Assembly (NCBI GenBank): GCA_047628385.1
Contig: JBLHVH010000001.1
Coordinates: 8,191 to 72,190 of the forward strand
Origin: Oleiphilaceae bacterium
GTDB taxonomy: Bacteria; Pseudomonadota; Gammaproteobacteria; Pseudomonadales; Oleiphilaceae
Length of the DNA stretch: 64,000 nucleotides
Direction: 5' to 3'
A program made the translations under genes and the position numbers. Shown piece by piece: positions 40,257 to 52,493 of the stretch. Positions within the stretch are counted from its first letter, which is position 1; the number at the start of each line of letters is the position of its first letter. Below the pieces are notes generated by a model, which was not told the DNA's origin, ran no database searches, and saw only the letters and a list, made by a program, of their open reading frames with translations.

Positions 40257-40631
40257 TCATTCTAATTCTACTGCAGCTTCTTTAACTGGCGCTTCAAGCT
40301 CTAAAGCTTCAACATCATCCTCAGAAGAATCTGGAGATGTTACCATTTCAGCTGGACCCAAAATATTCTGATCAGCCGTTGCAACTTCAGCCTTTTGTTT
40401 AGCAATAACCGCTAACGAAATACTTGTCACAAAGAAAATAACTGCAAGATAAGCCGTCAGCCTAGTCAAGAAGCTTCCACTCCCCTGACTACCAAATACT
40501 GTTTGAGAAGCGCCGCCACCAAAGGACGCACCCGCCTCAGCGCCTTTCCCTTGCTGTATCATCACTAGACCAATCAAACCCAATGATACTAAAATATGAA
40601 CAACAATTACTGTGGTTTCTAACCATTCCAT
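40257..40631 (-). CDS. secG: Preprotein translocase subunit SecG
   Basis: 124 aa. IVVHILVSLGLIGLVMIQQGKGAEAGASFGGGASQTVFGSQGSGSFLTR. Confidence 0.93.
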   Translation of the reverse strand: MEWLETTVIVVHILVSLGLIGLVMIQQGKGAEAGASFGGGASQTVFGSQGSGSFLTRLTAYLAVIFFVTSISLAVIAKQKAEVATADQNILGPAEMVTSPDSSEDDVEALELEAPVKEAAVELE

Positions 40632-40681
40632 ACATCTAACCTATTTATTCGTCACACTCAATTTAACAAAAAACTAAAGCG

Positions 40682-41452
40682 CTAATCGCTTAAAGCCATT
40701 TGCTCGCAAATGCGCGCAAACGCCTCTACTTTTAAGGAAGCACCCCCTACAAGGGCACCATCTATATCCACTTGAGCAAAAAGTGTTTCTGCATTTTCAG
40801 CATTAACACTCCCGCCATATAAAATAACTAATTTTTCAGCTAGCTGCTCAGCCTTCGCAGCAACCAACTTACGAATAAATTGATGCATTGCTTGCGCCTG
40901 CTCTGGTGTTGCTGTTTTACCTGTACCTATTGCCCAAACAGGCTCGTAAGCAATAACAACACGAGACAATTCAGATTCATCAAACACATCAAAAACTGCA
41001 TTCACTTGCTCAGCAACCACTACTTCTGCCTGCCCAGCTTCACGCTGAGAAAGCGTTTCTCCGACACACAAAACTGGCTGAACATCATTCACTAACAATT
41101 GTTTTATTTTATCTACAACCAAATCATCAGTTTCTGCAAACAACGCGCGTCGTTCAGAATGCCCTACCAAACACCAAAGGCATTTTAAATCAGCTAAGAT
41201 TCTAGCAGATGTCTCACCCGTATACGCACCACCTTTATAGGAAGATACATTTTGAGCCGACAACGCAACAACTGAACCTGATGCTTGCTTAGCCACCTCC
41301 GTCAATAATGCTGACGGTGGCGCAATTAAAATCTTCATATTTTCTGGCAGACTAATACTTCTTAAAGAAACTTTAAATGCGTCGAAGTAATCTCGCGTAA
41401 AAGCGACATCTCCGTTCATTTTCCAATTTCCCGCAACAATTTTTTGTCGCAT
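40682..41452 (-). CDS. tpiA: Triosephosphate isomerase
   Basis: MRQKIVAGNWKMNG, VGHSERR, AYEPVWAIGTG and GGASL. The start is at 41452; the ORF track gives 41473. Confidence 0.95.
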   Translation of the reverse strand: MRQKIVAGNWKMNGDVAFTRDYFDAFKVSLRSISLPENMKILIAPPSALLTEVAKQASGSVVALSAQNVSSYKGGAYTGETSARILADLKCLWCLVGHSERRALFAETDDLVVDKIKQLLVNDVQPVLCVGETLSQREAGQAEVVVAEQVNAVFDVFDESELSRVVIAYEPVWAIGTGKTATPEQAQAMHQFIRKLVAAKAEQLAEKLVILYGGSVNAENAETLFAQVDIDGALVGGASLKVEAFARICEQMALSD

Positions 41453-41604
41453 ACGTTGTAGCATAAAAAACACCAGCTTTCAGAAGGGCGCAAATACTAA
41501 CCGAGATACACCCGACTTACAAGTATCGACACACGCATTTTATATCAATTGTCCTTAAAGTTTATTATCTCGCCACTGTATTACTATTACGCCCTGGCAA
41601 ACCA

Positions 41605-42948
41605 CTAAGCTAATGTACTTTCAACTACACTAACTAAGGCATCAACAACAGAATTAACTAACGTTGCATCCGCTCCTTCAGCCATTACACGAATTAATGG
41701 CTCTGTCCCTGAAGCCCGTAACAATACACGCCCCTGACCAGCTAAACGAGACTCTTGCTCTTTCATTACAGCAGCAATCTGAGTGTTATCCATTGGGTTA
41801 ACTTTTTCTTTAATTCTGACATTCTTCAGTACTTGAGGTAACTTTGACATCTCAGATTTCAATTCATGCAGTGTTGTCTTATCTCGCCAGATCGCAATCA
41901 ATACCTGTAACGCAGCGATAATTGCATCACCCGTGGTCGCTTTATCAAAACAAATGATATGTCCTGAGTTCTCACCACCAAGTTCCCAATCATTTTTAAG
42001 CAATTGCTCCATTACATACCGATCACCAACATTAGCGCGAACAAAAGGAATTCCGCGCTCTTTTAATGCGAGCTCTACCCCGAAATTGGTCATTAAAGTG
42101 CCAACAACACCGCCTTTCAAGCGATCTGCATTTTGACGGTTTCTTGCAATAATATAAATTAACTCATCACCATCAACCAACTCACCTTTGTGATCAACCA
42201 TAATGACGCGATCACCGTCACCATCAAATGCAATCCCCAGGTCAGCTCCGATCTCTAAAACTTTTTTCACCAAACTTTCAGGACTAGTCGACCCAACATC
42301 TTTATTGATATTGAGACCGTTCGGCTCGACACCAATCGTGTGTATTTCAGCACCTAATTCTCTAAAAACATATGGCGCCACTTGATACGTTGCACCGTGA
42401 GCACAATCCAGTACAATATTCATACCGTCAAGCGACATAGAAGAAGGAATCGTCCCCTTACAACACTCTACATACCGCCCCATTGCATCATCTATTCGCT
42501 TCGCTTTACCCAGTAAATTAGGTGCAACAACCTTCAGGTCTTTATCCAACCAAGATTCAATTTCTAATTCAACAGCATCATCAAGCTTCAAACCATCCGA
42601 CGAAAAGAATTTAATACCGTTATCTTCATAAGGATTATGCGACGCACTAATAACAATCCCTGCATTTGCCCTATAGGTACGAGTTAAGTATGCAATCGCA
42701 GGCGTCGGCATCGGACCAATCAAACGCACATCAACACCCGCTGCAGACAAACCAGCCTCTAATGCAGATTCAAACAAATACCCTGAAATACGTGTATCTT
42801 TTCCAATAATGACACGGTTGCGCGACCCTTCTTTTTTAAATACTTGCCCGCATGCCCAACCGAGCTTTAGCATAAACTCTGGCGTGATTGCGCCTTCACC
42901 TAAACGTCCACGAATACCATCTGTACCAAAATATTTTCTAGACTGCAT
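41605..42948 (-). CDS. glmM: Phosphoglucosamine mutase
   Basis: YFGTDGIRG, the phosphoserine loop [15 protein letters not shown], and the metal loop FDGDGDR. Confidence 0.96.
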   Translation of the reverse strand: MQSRKYFGTDGIRGRLGEGAITPEFMLKLGWACGQVFKKEGSRNRVIIGKDTRISGYLFESALEAGLSAAGVDVRLIGPMPTPAIAYLTRTYRANAGIVISASHNPYEDNGIKFFSSDGLKLDDAVELEIESWLDKDLKVVAPNLLGKAKRIDDAMGRYVECCKGTIPSSMSLDGMNIVLDCAHGATYQVAPYVFRELGAEIHTIGVEPNGLNINKDVGSTSPESLVKKVLEIGADLGIAFDGDGDRVIMVDHKGELVDGDELIYIIARNRQNADRLKGGVVGTLMTNFGVELALKERGIPFVRANVGDRYVMEQLLKNDWELGGENSGHIICFDKATTGDAIIAALQVLIAIWRDKTTLHELKSEMSKLPQVLKNVRIKEKVNPMDNTQIAAVMKEQESRLAGQGRVLLRASGTEPLIRVMAEGADATLVNSVVDALVSVVESTLA

Positions 42949-42965
42949 AATTATCCCTTAATCTA

Positions 42966-43814
42966 TTATTCTGTTAATTTTGCACATTTGTTCATCGCAT
43001 CAACAACCCGCATTGCATCCTTTGTTTCAACAACATCATGCGCACGTATTATTTTAGCGCCTTGATACGCAGCAACAACAGCGCCCGATAAACTACCAAA
43101 CAAACGCTGGTCAACCGATTTATTTAATATTTCTGAAAACATTGATTTACGAGATAAGCCAACCAACACAGGAAAACCTAATGCACTAAATCGATCAATA
43201 CCCTTTAATATTTGCATGTTATGTTGAAGTGTTTTGCCAAAGCCAAAACCTGGATCTATAAGTAAACGGTCAGCACTAACACCTTGCGTAATCATACCCT
43301 CAGCAGTGGACTTTAAAAATGCCAAAACCTCATCAACTACTGAAGCATACAATGGCGCCTTTTGCATTGATGAAGGCGCACCTTGCATATGCATCACACA
43401 TAAAGCAACCGCACTATCCTTCACCGCTTCAATCGCACCTTCACGAGAAAAAGCCCTAACATCATTAATCAACCCTGCACCCAGACGTATCGACTCGCTC
43501 ATCAACGCTGGCGTACTCGTATCAACCGATACCACCGTATCAAACTCCGCCACCAACCGCTCAACAATAGGGCAAACTCTATCCATCTCCTCTTGAACCG
43601 AGACCTTAGCAGCACCAGGCCGAGTAGATTCGCCACCAACATCGATAATACTAGCACCCTGAAGAATCATCGATTCTGCATGTTTCATCGCCAATACCAG
43701 CGTATTGTATTGACCGCCATCCGAGAATGAATCAGGCGTAACATTCAAGACACCCATCACTTGAATTTCAGCTAGGTCAAGCACCTTGCCACCAAAAGAG
43801 AAATTTTTAGACAT
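42966..43814 (-). CDS. folP: Dihydropteroate synthase
   Basis: VMGVLNVTPDSFSDGG, DVGGESTRPG and DPGFGFGK. The start is ambiguous (43814 or 43826). Confidence 0.93.
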   Translation of the reverse strand: MSKNFSFGGKVLDLAEIQVMGVLNVTPDSFSDGGQYNTLVLAMKHAESMILQGASIIDVGGESTRPGAAKVSVQEEMDRVCPIVERLVAEFDTVVSVDTSTPALMSESIRLGAGLINDVRAFSREGAIEAVKDSAVALCVMHMQGAPSSMQKAPLYASVVDEVLAFLKSTAEGMITQGVSADRLLIDPGFGFGKTLQHNMQILKGIDRFSALGFPVLVGLSRKSMFSEILNKSVDQRLFGSLSGAVVAAYQGAKIIRAHDVVETKDAMRVVDAMNKCAKLTE

Positions 43815-43937
43815 TACCCTGAACAAACCTCAAACCAATTCGCACACTCATAAAGCTAGTACGCATCTCGATATATTTCAAACAATAAAAAGGGCGTAAC
43901 ATCAAATGCTACACCCTCAATTAAAACGACATAATCT

Positions 43938-45860
43938 TTACGCTTCTTTAGGTTCATCATCAGAAGGTGGCTTTTCTTCAGACGCAACAGTCTCTTCTTT
44001 TTTTCTTTCGCCTGAAGAGCCAGAACCTGAATCATTATCACCCCAACCCTTTGGCTGACGAGGTGCTTTACCATCCATAATATCATCAATTTGATGCGCA
44101 TCAATGGTTTCATATTTCATCAATGCTTCCGCCATCGCATCTAACTTTGAGCGATTATCCACCAAAATCTTTCTAGCCGACTCATAACAATTATCAACAA
44201 TTGTTCTAACTTCTTCATCAATAGTATTACGCGTTGAACCAGAAACACTAGAGCCGCCACTCGTCGACTTTCCTAAAAATACTTCTTCTTGCGCTTCCTC
44301 ATACATCAGTGGCCCTAATGATTCTGAAAAACCCCATTTAGTAACCATGTTTCTAGCAATTTCTGTTGCTCGCTGAATATCATTAGACGCACCTGTCGTC
44401 ACTCCATCCTTACCCAACGTTAGCTCTTCTGCGATACGACCACCGTATAATGAACAGATCTGACTAATAAGATGACGACGATTCATACTGTATCGATCTT
44501 CTTCAGGCAAAAACATCGTGACACCTAAAGCGCGCCCTCGAGGAATAATACTCACTTTATAAACAGGATCATGCTCAGGCACTAGTCGCCCTACAATCGC
44601 ATGGCCTGCTTCATGAAAGGCTGTATTTAGCTTTTCTTTCTCTGACATCACCATTGATTTACGCTCAGCGCCCATCATGATTTTGTCTTTCGCTAACTCA
44701 AATTCAGCCATTGAAACAGCGCGCTTATCAGACCTAGCCGCAACCAGTGAAGCTTCATTCACTAAATTTGCAAGGTCAGCACCAGAAAACCCTGGTGTAC
44801 CACGCGCAATAAAGCTCGCTTCAACATCATCCGCAAGCGGTACTTTTTTCATATGTACTTTAAGAATCTGTTCCCGACCTAAAATATCAGGTAGACCAAC
44901 TACAACTTGACGGTCAAATCGGCCAGGACGTAATAATGCAGGATCAAGCACGTCAGGTCTGTTCGTCGCCGCGATAACAATAACACCTTCATTTCCTTCA
45001 AAACCATCCATCTCAACTAATAACTGGTTAAGCGTTTGCTCTCGCTCGTCATGACCACCACCCATACCGGCACCACGATGACGACCTACTGCATCTATCT
45101 CATCTATAAAAATAATACAGGGCGACTGCTTCTTTGCTTGTTCAAACATATCCCGAACACGCGAAGCACCAACACCTACAAACATCTCAACAAAGTCAGA
45201 ACCTGAAATTGAAAAGAACGGTACTTTTGCCTCACCGGCAATCGCTTTAGCTAATAGGGTTTTACCTGTTCCAGGCTGACCAACCATCAATACGCCACGA
45301 GGAATTTTACCGCCTAAACGCTGAAACTTACTTGGATCACGCAAGAACTCAACCAATTCTTTAACATCTTCTTTTGCTTCATCTACCCCTGCCACATCAG
45401 CAAAGGTAGTTTTAATTTGATCTTCGCTCATTAAACGAGCTTTGCTCTTACCAAATGACATAGGTCCTTTACCGCCACCGCCACCGCCTTGCATCTGCCG
45501 CATAAAAAACATAAACACAGCAATAATGACAAGAATTGGAAACGACGCTACAAGCAATTGCGTCCAGATACTTTGTTGCTCAGGTTCCTTACCCCTAACT
45601 CGAATTTTATTATTAAGCAGCTCATCCATTAGCTTAATATCTTCAACCATTGGACGAATCGTCTCATACTGACGCCCATCAGTTGTCTCGATTTCAAAAT
45701 GAAAGCCATCAATCGCAACTTCTTTAACTTGGCCACTCTGGACCAATTCAATAAACTGCGAATAGTCCATTGGTTTCGCTTTTTCCTGAGGATTAAAATT
45801 ATTAAACACCGTTAGCAATACTGCTGCGATGACTAACCAAAGGACCAGGTTTTTTACCAT
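43938..45860 (-). CDS. ftsH: ATP-dependent zinc metalloprotease FtsH
   Basis: [15 protein letters not shown]-terminus as in E. coli FtsH. Walker A GQPGTGKT; second region of homology; zinc motif HEAGHA. The start is at 45860; the ORF track gives 45908. Confidence 0.97.
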   Translation of the reverse strand: MVKNLVLWLVIAAVLLTVFNNFNPQEKAKPMDYSQFIELVQSGQVKEVAIDGFHFEIETTDGRQYETIRPMVEDIKLMDELLNNKIRVRGKEPEQQSIWTQLLVASFPILVIIAVFMFFMRQMQGGGGGGKGPMSFGKSKARLMSEDQIKTTFADVAGVDEAKEDVKELVEFLRDPSKFQRLGGKIPRGVLMVGQPGTGKTLLAKAIAGEAKVPFFSISGSDFVEMFVGVGASRVRDMFEQAKKQSPCIIFIDEIDAVGRHRGAGMGGGHDEREQTLNQLLVEMDGFEGNEGVIVIAATNRPDVLDPALLRPGRFDRQVVVGLPDILGREQILKVHMKKVPLADDVEASFIARGTPGFSGADLANLVNEASLVAARSDKRAVSMAEFELAKDKIMMGAERKSMVMSEKEKLNTAFHEAGHAIVGRLVPEHDPVYKVSIIPRGRALGVTMFLPEEDRYSMNRRHLISQICSLYGGRIAEELTLGKDGVTTGASNDIQRATEIARNMVTKWGFSESLGPLMYEEAQEEVFLGKSTSGGSSVSGSTRNTIDEEVRTIVDNCYESARKILVDNRSKLDAMAEALMKYETIDAHQIDDIMDGKAPRQPKGWGDNDSGSGSSGERKKEETVASEEKPPSDDEPKEA

Positions 45861-45981
45861 ATCATTCAAAGGGGAGCCCCTCTCATTCAAAACTATTAAA
45901 TTTCCCATACGGGTTCGAATAAAACTAAATATATACTAAACAAAACATTCATCATCAAGAAGTATTTTTTACTACCTCCCT

Positions 45982-46599
45982 TTACCCCTTAAAACCAAAA
46001 CCTACTTGATATACTTCACGAGAACGCGCGCGTGAGGCATCGGGTTTACGGCTATATACTTTTTTAAATAATGGCCGCATTTCAGCAAGCAGGTCATCAA
46101 AACCTTCCCCTTGAAACACCTTCGCCACAAATATACCGCCAGGCTTAAGAGTTTGCTTCGCCATATCTAACGCCAACTCAACTAAATACATTGCGTTAGG
46201 TATATCTATCGAAGCATTACCACTCATATTGGGGGCCATATCTGAGATTACAAGGTCAGCCCCTCCATCTATTTCAACCATTAACGCATCAAAAACAGAC
46301 TCTTCAGTAAAGTCACCTTGAATAAAGCTGACTCCCGCAAGATTATCCATCGGTAAAATATCACTCGCAACCACTCGCCCTTTTTCACCAACAAGTTGAG
46401 CCGCTACTTGCGACCACCCTCCTGGTGCCGAGCCTAAATCAACCACCGTCATCCCAGGCTTAAACAACCGATCCTTTTCATGAATTTCGAGCAATTTATA
46501 ACTAGCGCGGGATCGGTACCCGTCTGCTTGAGATTTTTTCACATAATGATCATTAAAATGCTCTTCTAACCAACGAGCACTCGATTTGGAACGCGCCAT
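45982..46599 (-). CDS. rlmE: 23S rRNA (uridine2552-2'-O)-methyltransferase
   Basis: [31 protein letters not shown]...[13 protein letters not shown]. Confidence 0.95.
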   Translation of the reverse strand: MARSKSSARWLEEHFNDHYVKKSQADGYRSRASYKLLEIHEKDRLFKPGMTVVDLGSAPGGWSQVAAQLVGEKGRVVASDILPMDNLAGVSFIQGDFTEESVFDALMVEIDGGADLVISDMAPNMSGNASIDIPNAMYLVELALDMAKQTLKPGGIFVAKVFQGEGFDDLLAEMRPLFKKVYSRKPDASRARSREVYQVGFGFKG

Positions 46600-46759
46600 A
46601 TTTTGATAACCTTAATAATCAATCTTAGATAACAACACATAAAGAAGATAAACCCTCTACATTTATGCCGAACAAAATTTGAAAAGTATAATTCAGATAA
46701 AGCTATGATAGAATGTTCTCCAGCAAACTTACAATTTAATACAGGTAATAATTAATATC

Positions 46760-47065
46760 ATGACTTTAAGCGCTTCAGACAAAAAACAGTACCGTACTAT
46801 TGCCCACAATTTAAACCCTATTATTATGATTGGCGACAAGGGTTTAACTGAAGGCTTAATGGTCGAACTAAATCGCGCTTTACACGACCATGAATTAATT
46901 AAAATAAAAATTGCAATCGGTGACAGAGATGACCGAAAAAAAATAACAGAAGAACTCATCTACAAAACAGGTTCAGAACTTATCCAAAGCATCGGCAAAA
47001 TTGCTGTTTTATTGAAAAGAAATCCTAAACCGCACCCTAAACTATCAAACCTTCTTCGCGCATAA
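46760..47065 (+). CDS. yhbY: CRM-domain RNA-binding protein YhbY
   Basis: 101 aa. LSASDKKQYRTIAHNLNPIIMIGDKGLTEG...HELIKIKI. Divergent from rlmE, as in E. coli. Confidence 0.9.
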   Translation: MTLSASDKKQYRTIAHNLNPIIMIGDKGLTEGLMVELNRALHDHELIKIKIAIGDRDDRKKITEELIYKTGSELIQSIGKIAVLLKRNPKPHPKLSNLLRA

Positions 47066-47125
47066 TTTGAAGCAAAGCAGTTTTTAACTTAATAGTCAAA
47101 ATAAGTTAAAAAACCTACCAGATAT

Positions 47126-47154
47126 AAAAAGAGACGCCTAAGCGTCTCTTTTTA
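47126..47154. terminator. Bidirectional terminator between yhbY and greA
   Basis: aaaaagagacgc-ctaa-gcgtctcttttt perfect stem-loop with an A-run and a T-run. Confidence 0.85.
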
Positions 47155-47168
47155 TTTAGCAATCTAAA

Positions 47169-47648
47169 TCAGATATACAGAACTTCTTCAATCTCAAATT
47201 CAACCACACCTGCGGGAACACGAACACCCACCACATCACCTTCTTCTTTGCCGATAATTGCACGTGCAATCGGTGACGAAACGGAAATTTTCCCCGCTTT
47301 AATATCAGCCTCATCTTCGCCGACAACGTGATATCTAACTTCTTCTTCAGTTTCCACATTTACCATAGATACCGTCGTGCCAAAGATAACCTTACCAGTC
47401 TTTGGCAACAACAACACATCGATTATCTGAGAGTGCGATAACTTACCTTCAATTTCTTGAATTCGCCCTTCCATAAAGCTCTGCTGCTCTCGCGCCGCAT
47501 GATACTCAGCATTCTCTTTCAAATCGCCATGCTCACGCGCATCCGATATCGCCTGAATAACCTCAGGGCGCGCCACTGTCTTTAGCTGCTTCAATTCGTC
47601 ACGCAAGGACTGTTCACCCTGCACTGTCATTGGTATTCGTTGTTCCAT
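47169..47648 (-). CDS. greA: Transcription elongation factor GreA
   Basis: 159 aa. [18 protein letters not shown]...[15 protein letters not shown]...[10 protein letters not shown]. Confidence 0.96.
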   Translation of the reverse strand: MEQRIPMTVQGEQSLRDELKQLKTVARPEVIQAISDAREHGDLKENAEYHAAREQQSFMEGRIQEIEGKLSHSQIIDVLLLPKTGKVIFGTTVSMVNVETEEEVRYHVVGEDEADIKAGKISVSSPIARAIIGKEEGDVVGVRVPAGVVEFEIEEVLYI

Positions 47649-47719
47649 GTCACTTCCTTAAAACTTTGGTATAAGCTGCCCAAGCAGCTCAATACTTATT
47701 TATTTTTAAAAATAGGTAA

Positions 47720-50700
47720 CTAGTGTAAATCTTGTAGACGGCGCACCGTCTTTTCAGCACCATACCTAATCGCACGAACCACCGCATCACCACCTGCTAA
47801 AGTTGTACTATAAGCAAGCTTCTTTTGTAATGCTGACTGCCTAATTTGAGCCGAGTCCGCAATAGCGCGACGACCTTCAGTTGTATTTACAATCAGGTCA
47901 ATGTCACCATTTTTAATAGCATCAACAATATGAGGACGACCTTCAATTACTTTATTAATCCGTTCTACAGGTATCCCTGCAGCTTCAATTGCTTTTGCCG
48001 TGCCTGAGGTTGCGACCAATGTAAAACCTATGTCAGCTAAGCTTTTTGCCAACCCAACCACACCTGCCTTATCAACTTCTCTTACGCTTAAGAATGCTTT
48101 ACCTGTGTCTGGCAACACACCGCCCGAAGCAATCATTCCCTTAGCAAAAGCCTCATCAAAACTGTCACCAATTCCCATTACTTCACCCGTAGACTTCATT
48201 TCTGGGCCTAAGATAGGATCAACTGATGGAAACTTATTAAACGGAAAAACAGACTCTTTAACACTGAAATGCTTCGGCACAATTTCTTCAGTAAACCCTT
48301 GTTCTTCGAGCGTTGTACCCGCCATGCATCGCGCAGCTATTTGCGCTAACGAAGCGCCAATAGCTTTTGATACAAACGGCACAGTTCTAGATGCTCTTGG
48401 GTTCACCTCAATAACGTAAACCATTTCATCTTGGTAAGCCAACTGAACATTCATCAAACCAACCACGCCTAACTCAAGCGCCATCACCTTAACAACGTCT
48501 TTCATCTCTTCTTGAACTTCTTGAGACAAGGTATAAGGCGGCAAAGAACACGCCGAATCACCGGAGTGAACCCCTGCTTGCTCGATATGCTGCATAATTG
48601 CACCAATCACTACCTGCTTTCCATCTGAAATTGCGTCGATATCAACCTCAATGGCAGCATTTAAAAAATGATCCAATAACACAGGACTATCATTTGAAAC
48701 ACTCACTGCCTCTTTCATATATTTAAGCAATTCAGTTTCGTTATATACAATTTCCATTGCACGGCCGCCCAACACATACGAAGGACGTACAACTAATGGA
48801 TAACCAATCTCTTTAGCGTCGACTAACGCCTCTTCAATACTTCTTACCGTTGAGTTAACCGGCTGACGAAGACCTAAACGCTCTATCATCTGTTGAAAAC
48901 GCTCGCGATCTTCGGCTCTATCAATGGCATCTGGACTTGTGCCAATAATGGGCACACCCGCCTCTTCAAGGCCACGCGCTAACTTAAGCGGTGTTTGCCC
49001 GCCGTAGTGAACAATAACGCCTTTAGGCTTTTCAATTCGAACAATTTCAAGTACATCTTCAAGCGTAATGGATTCAAAATATAGACGATCAGACGTATCA
49101 TAATCCGTTGAAACAGTTTCAGGGTTACAGTTGATCATAATTGTTTCATAGCCGTCATCGCGCATCGCGAAGGCAGCATGAACACAACAATAATCAAACT
49201 CAATACCCTGACCAATTCGGTTAGGACCACCACCGAGAATAATTATTTTCTCTCGATCCGTAACATTCGACTCACACTCTTCTTCATACGTAGAATACAT
49301 ATATGCCGTATCAGAAGAAAATTCAGCAGCGCAGGTATCAACCCGCTTATAAACCGGATGCAAGTTATAGCCATGACGAATCTTACGTAGGACTTTTTCA
49401 GTCATACCTAACAACACCGCTAAGCGTCGATCAGCAAAACCTTTACGCTTAAGCCTTCTCATGACGTCATAAGTCATGTCGGTACGCGTCATGTTTGACA
49501 CAACAAACTCGTCTTCGAGCAAATCTTCAATTTGCACAAGGAACCATGGATCAATACCACTAAGCTTATAAATTTCTTCGACTGATAACCCCGCACGAAA
49601 AGCATCACCGACATACCATAAACGCTCAGCACTTGGGTTACTCAATTCTCGCGTCAATGTCTCTCTTGCGTCTTCTGCTTTTAAATCCATAACAGGCTCA
49701 AAACCAGAGGAGCCTACCTCTAAACCACGCATCGCTTTTTGCAATGATTCTTGAAAAGTACGACCGATCGCCATCACTTCACCCACAGACTTCATCTGTG
49801 TTCCAAGCCGTGCATCAGCTTGTGGAAATTTTTCAAACGTAAAACGCGGAATTTTTGTAACGACATAATCAATTGAAGGTTCGAATGAAGCCGGTGTCGC
49901 GCCACCCGTAATATCATTCTGCAACTCATCCAAGGTATAACCAATCGCAAGCTTGGCTGCAATTTTTGCAATCGGGAAACCCGTTGCTTTTGACGCCAAT
50001 GCAGATGAGCGCGATACACGTGGATTCATTTCAATGATGACCATTCGACCATCTTTTGGATCCATACCAAACTGTACGTTTGACCCACCCGTTTCAACAC
50101 CAATTTCTCGCAACACAGCTAAAGAGGCATTACGCATGATCTGATATTCTTTATCGGTTAGCGTTTGTGCAGGCGCTACAGTAATTGAGTCACCGGTATG
50201 GACACCCATTGCATCGAAGTTTTCAATTGAACAGATGATAATACAGTTATCATTACGATCTCTAACAACTTCCATCTCATATTCTTTCCAACCAATCAGA
50301 GACTCATCAATTAATAGCTCTGTTGTTGGTGATAGATCTAAGCCGCGCTCACAAATTTCAGCAAATTCATCTTTGTTGTAAGCGATACCACCACCGCTGC
50401 CACCCATAGTGAAAGAAGGACGAATAATACAAGGAAACCCTAAACCACCCTGAACTTGAAGCGCTTCTTCCATACTATGCGCAATACCTGAACGCGGCGT
50501 TTCAAGCCCTATTGACTTCATCGCTTTGTCGAAACGCTCTCGGTCTTCTGCTTTGTCGATAGCATCGGCATTCGCACCAATCATTTCAACATTATATTTT
50601 GCCAGCACACCTTCACGCTCTAGATCTAGCGCACAGTTTAATGCCGTTTGCCCACCCATAGTCGGCAACAAAGCGTCAGGCTGCTCAACTTCAATGATTT

Positions 50701-50926
50701 TTTCAACTGTTTGCCATGTAATTGGCTCAATATAAGTTGCATCCGCCATCGACGGATCAGTCATAATAGTCGCAGGATTAGAGTTTACAAGAATGACACG
50801 ACAACCTTCTTCACGAAGTGCTTTACAGGCTTGAGCTCCTGAGTAGTCAAATTCACAAGCCTGCCCAATGACGATAGGACCCGCGCCTATAATTAAAACG
50901 CTCTTTATATCGGTACGCTTTGGCAT
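47720..50926 (-). CDS. carB: Carbamoyl-phosphate synthase large subunit
   Basis: 1068 aa. [30 protein letters not shown], duplicated ATP-grasp halves and a C-terminal MGS-like domain. Confidence 0.98.
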   Translation of the reverse strand: MPKRTDIKSVLIIGAGPIVIGQACEFDYSGAQACKALREEGCRVILVNSNPATIMTDPSMADATYIEPITWQTVEKIIEVEQPDALLPTMGGQTALNCALDLEREGVLAKYNVEMIGANADAIDKAEDRERFDKAMKSIGLETPRSGIAHSMEEALQVQGGLGFPCIIRPSFTMGGSGGGIAYNKDEFAEICERGLDLSPTTELLIDESLIGWKEYEMEVVRDRNDNCIIICSIENFDAMGVHTGDSITVAPAQTLTDKEYQIMRNASLAVLREIGVETGGSNVQFGMDPKDGRMVIIEMNPRVSRSSALASKATGFPIAKIAAKLAIGYTLDELQNDITGGATPASFEPSIDYVVTKIPRFTFEKFPQADARLGTQMKSVGEVMAIGRTFQESLQKAMRGLEVGSSGFEPVMDLKAEDARETLTRELSNPSAERLWYVGDAFRAGLSVEEIYKLSGIDPWFLVQIEDLLEDEFVVSNMTRTDMTYDVMRRLKRKGFADRRLAVLLGMTEKVLRKIRHGYNLHPVYKRVDTCAAEFSSDTAYMYSTYEEECESNVTDREKIIILGGGPNRIGQGIEFDYCCVHAAFAMRDDGYETIMINCNPETVSTDYDTSDRLYFESITLEDVLEIVRIEKPKGVIVHYGGQTPLKLARGLEEAGVPIIGTSPDAIDRAEDRERFQQMIERLGLRQPVNSTVRSIEEALVDAKEIGYPLVVRPSYVLGGRAMEIVYNETELLKYMKEAVSVSNDSPVLLDHFLNAAIEVDIDAISDGKQVVIGAIMQHIEQAGVHSGDSACSLPPYTLSQEVQEEMKDVVKVMALELGVVGLMNVQLAYQDEMVYVIEVNPRASRTVPFVSKAIGASLAQIAARCMAGTTLEEQGFTEEIVPKHFSVKESVFPFNKFPSVDPILGPEMKSTGEVMGIGDSFDEAFAKGMIASGGVLPDTGKAFLSVREVDKAGVVGLAKSLADIGFTLVATSGTAKAIEAAGIPVERINKVIEGRPHIVDAIKNGDIDLIVNTTEGRRAIADSAQIRQSALQKKLAYSTTLAGGDAVVRAIRYGAEKTVRRLQDLH

Positions 50927-51052
50927 TTAATTCTTTCCGTTCTTTAGAGTCAGTGTTCTGCATTCAAAACATGTGTTTAAACATATACTTAAATAACAGA
51001 ACTAAATTAGTAGGATGTTTTACCTATCACTAAAAATAATTCACAACACACC

Positions 51053-52183
51053 TTATTTGGCGTGCTGTGTCATCAATTCAACAAATTGGTTAAATAAAGG
51101 CGCAACATCATGCGGCCCCGGACTTGCTTCTGGATGACCTTGAAAACTAAACGCAGGCACATCAGTCCGTTTAATACCTTGTAGTGAACCATCAAACAAC
51201 GATTTATGAGTTGCTTCCAGACAATCAGGTAACGACGATTCATCGACTGCAAAACCATGATTTTGACTTGTAATCATCACTGTCTGATCACCTAGACATT
51301 GCACCGGGTGATTGGCACCATGATGTCCAAATTTCATTTTTTCAGTTTTAGCACCACTCGCAAGCGCAAGCAGCTGATGACCAAGACAAATACCAAATAT
51401 TGGAATACCTGACTTTAATAATTCTTGAATAGCGTCAATTGCGTAATCACAGGGTTCTGGATCACCAGGGCCATTTGACAAAAATACGCCGTCTGGAGAC
51501 ATCGCTAATACGTCTTTAGCAGAAGTTTGCGCTGGCACGACGGTTAACTTACAGCCGCGTTCAGCTAACATACGTAAGATATTGTACTTAACACCGAAGT
51601 CATACGCCACAACATGAAACTCAGTTTCTTTCTGTTGCGCATACCCACTCGTTAGTGACCACTCACTTTCTGTCCATGAAGACGATTCAGTACAGGTCAC
51701 CTCTTTCGCAAGATCTACACCTTTTAATCCAGAAAAAGATTTTGCTGCTGCAATCGCTTGCGCTTCCGTCACGTCATCGCCTGCTAAAATACAGCCACTT
51801 TGAGCCCCTTTCTCGCGCAGAATACGCGTAAGACGACGTGTGTCTATATCTGCAATCGCGACAATGTTATTTTCTTTCAAATACTCATCAAGCGATTTTT
51901 CAGAACGCCAACTACTGGCAAACAAAGGTAAGTCTCTAATTACAAGACCGGCTGACCATATTTTACTAGATTCAACATCTTCAGCGTTGACACCGGTATT
52001 ACCAATATGAGGGTACGTTAAAGTAACGATTTGTTTCGCATAAGACGGATCAGTAAGAATTTCCTGATAACCTGTCATGGCTGTATTGAAAACAACTTCT
52101 CCGATGGTCTTGCCATCAGAGCCAATTGAAATCCCTTTAAATATGGATCCATCTTCAAGTGCTAAAATTGCTGGTTTAGTCAA
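51053..52183 (-). CDS. carA: Carbamoyl-phosphate synthase small (glutaminase) subunit
   Basis: 376 aa with the class I amidotransferase triad region (GICLGHQLL, ...HGF...). TTG start preceded by GAGGA; E. coli carA also uses a UUG start. Confidence 0.96.
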   Translation of the reverse strand: MTKPAILALEDGSIFKGISIGSDGKTIGEVVFNTAMTGYQEILTDPSYAKQIVTLTYPHIGNTGVNAEDVESSKIWSAGLVIRDLPLFASSWRSEKSLDEYLKENNIVAIADIDTRRLTRILREKGAQSGCILAGDDVTEAQAIAAAKSFSGLKGVDLAKEVTCTESSSWTESEWSLTSGYAQQKETEFHVVAYDFGVKYNILRMLAERGCKLTVVPAQTSAKDVLAMSPDGVFLSNGPGDPEPCDYAIDAIQELLKSGIPIFGICLGHQLLALASGAKTEKMKFGHHGANHPVQCLGDQTVMITSQNHGFAVDESSLPDCLEATHKSLFDGSLQGIKRTDVPAFSFQGHPEASPGPHDVAPLFNQFVELMTQHAK

Positions 52184-52280
52184 CGCCAGTTCCTCGTCGT
52201 AATCGGCTAGGGCTAGTAGAAATAAATAAAGAAGCCGTCTTTAGGCGGGTTTGAAGTCGATTTTACTGGTATACAAGTTG

Positions 52281-52315
52281 CAAAAAAGCGAGATAGAGTT
52301 AACTCCACCTCGCTT
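52281..52315 (-). terminator. Intrinsic terminator about 100 nt upstream of carA (terminator of the upstream gene and/or carAB leader attenuator)
   Basis: The minus strand reads aagcgag-gt-ggag-ttaa-ctct-at-ctcgctt followed by tttttg. Confidence 0.65.
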
Positions 52316-52412
52316 ACAAATTTCTTGTTACAGCTTAACCACTGCCTGTCGTTTAAATACCTTCCATAGCAAGAAAAGATTTAACAATAACGACTGTCCT
52401 TCAAACGGCAGC

Positions 52413-52441
52413 ATTGTACATATTTACAGCAATTTTGTCTA
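52413..52441 (-). promoter_or_regulatory. Candidate sigma70 promoter for carAB (TAGACA-17 bp-TACAAT)
   Basis: The minus strand reads TAGACAaaattgctgtaaatatgTACAAT. It lies upstream of the terminator hairpin and about 230 nt upstream of the carA start. Confidence 0.5.
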
Positions 52442-52493
52442 TTAGAAAAACAACATAGATATACATAGCTGATGCCACAAAGCGCAAGAATTT

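Noticed and set aside
43856-44113. An 85-aa minus-strand ORF overlapping the 3' end of ftsH in another frame.
   Set aside because: It overlaps the conserved FtsH C-terminal region, has no Shine-Dalgarno sequence and has a K/L-rich composition typical of an out-of-frame read of an acidic tail.
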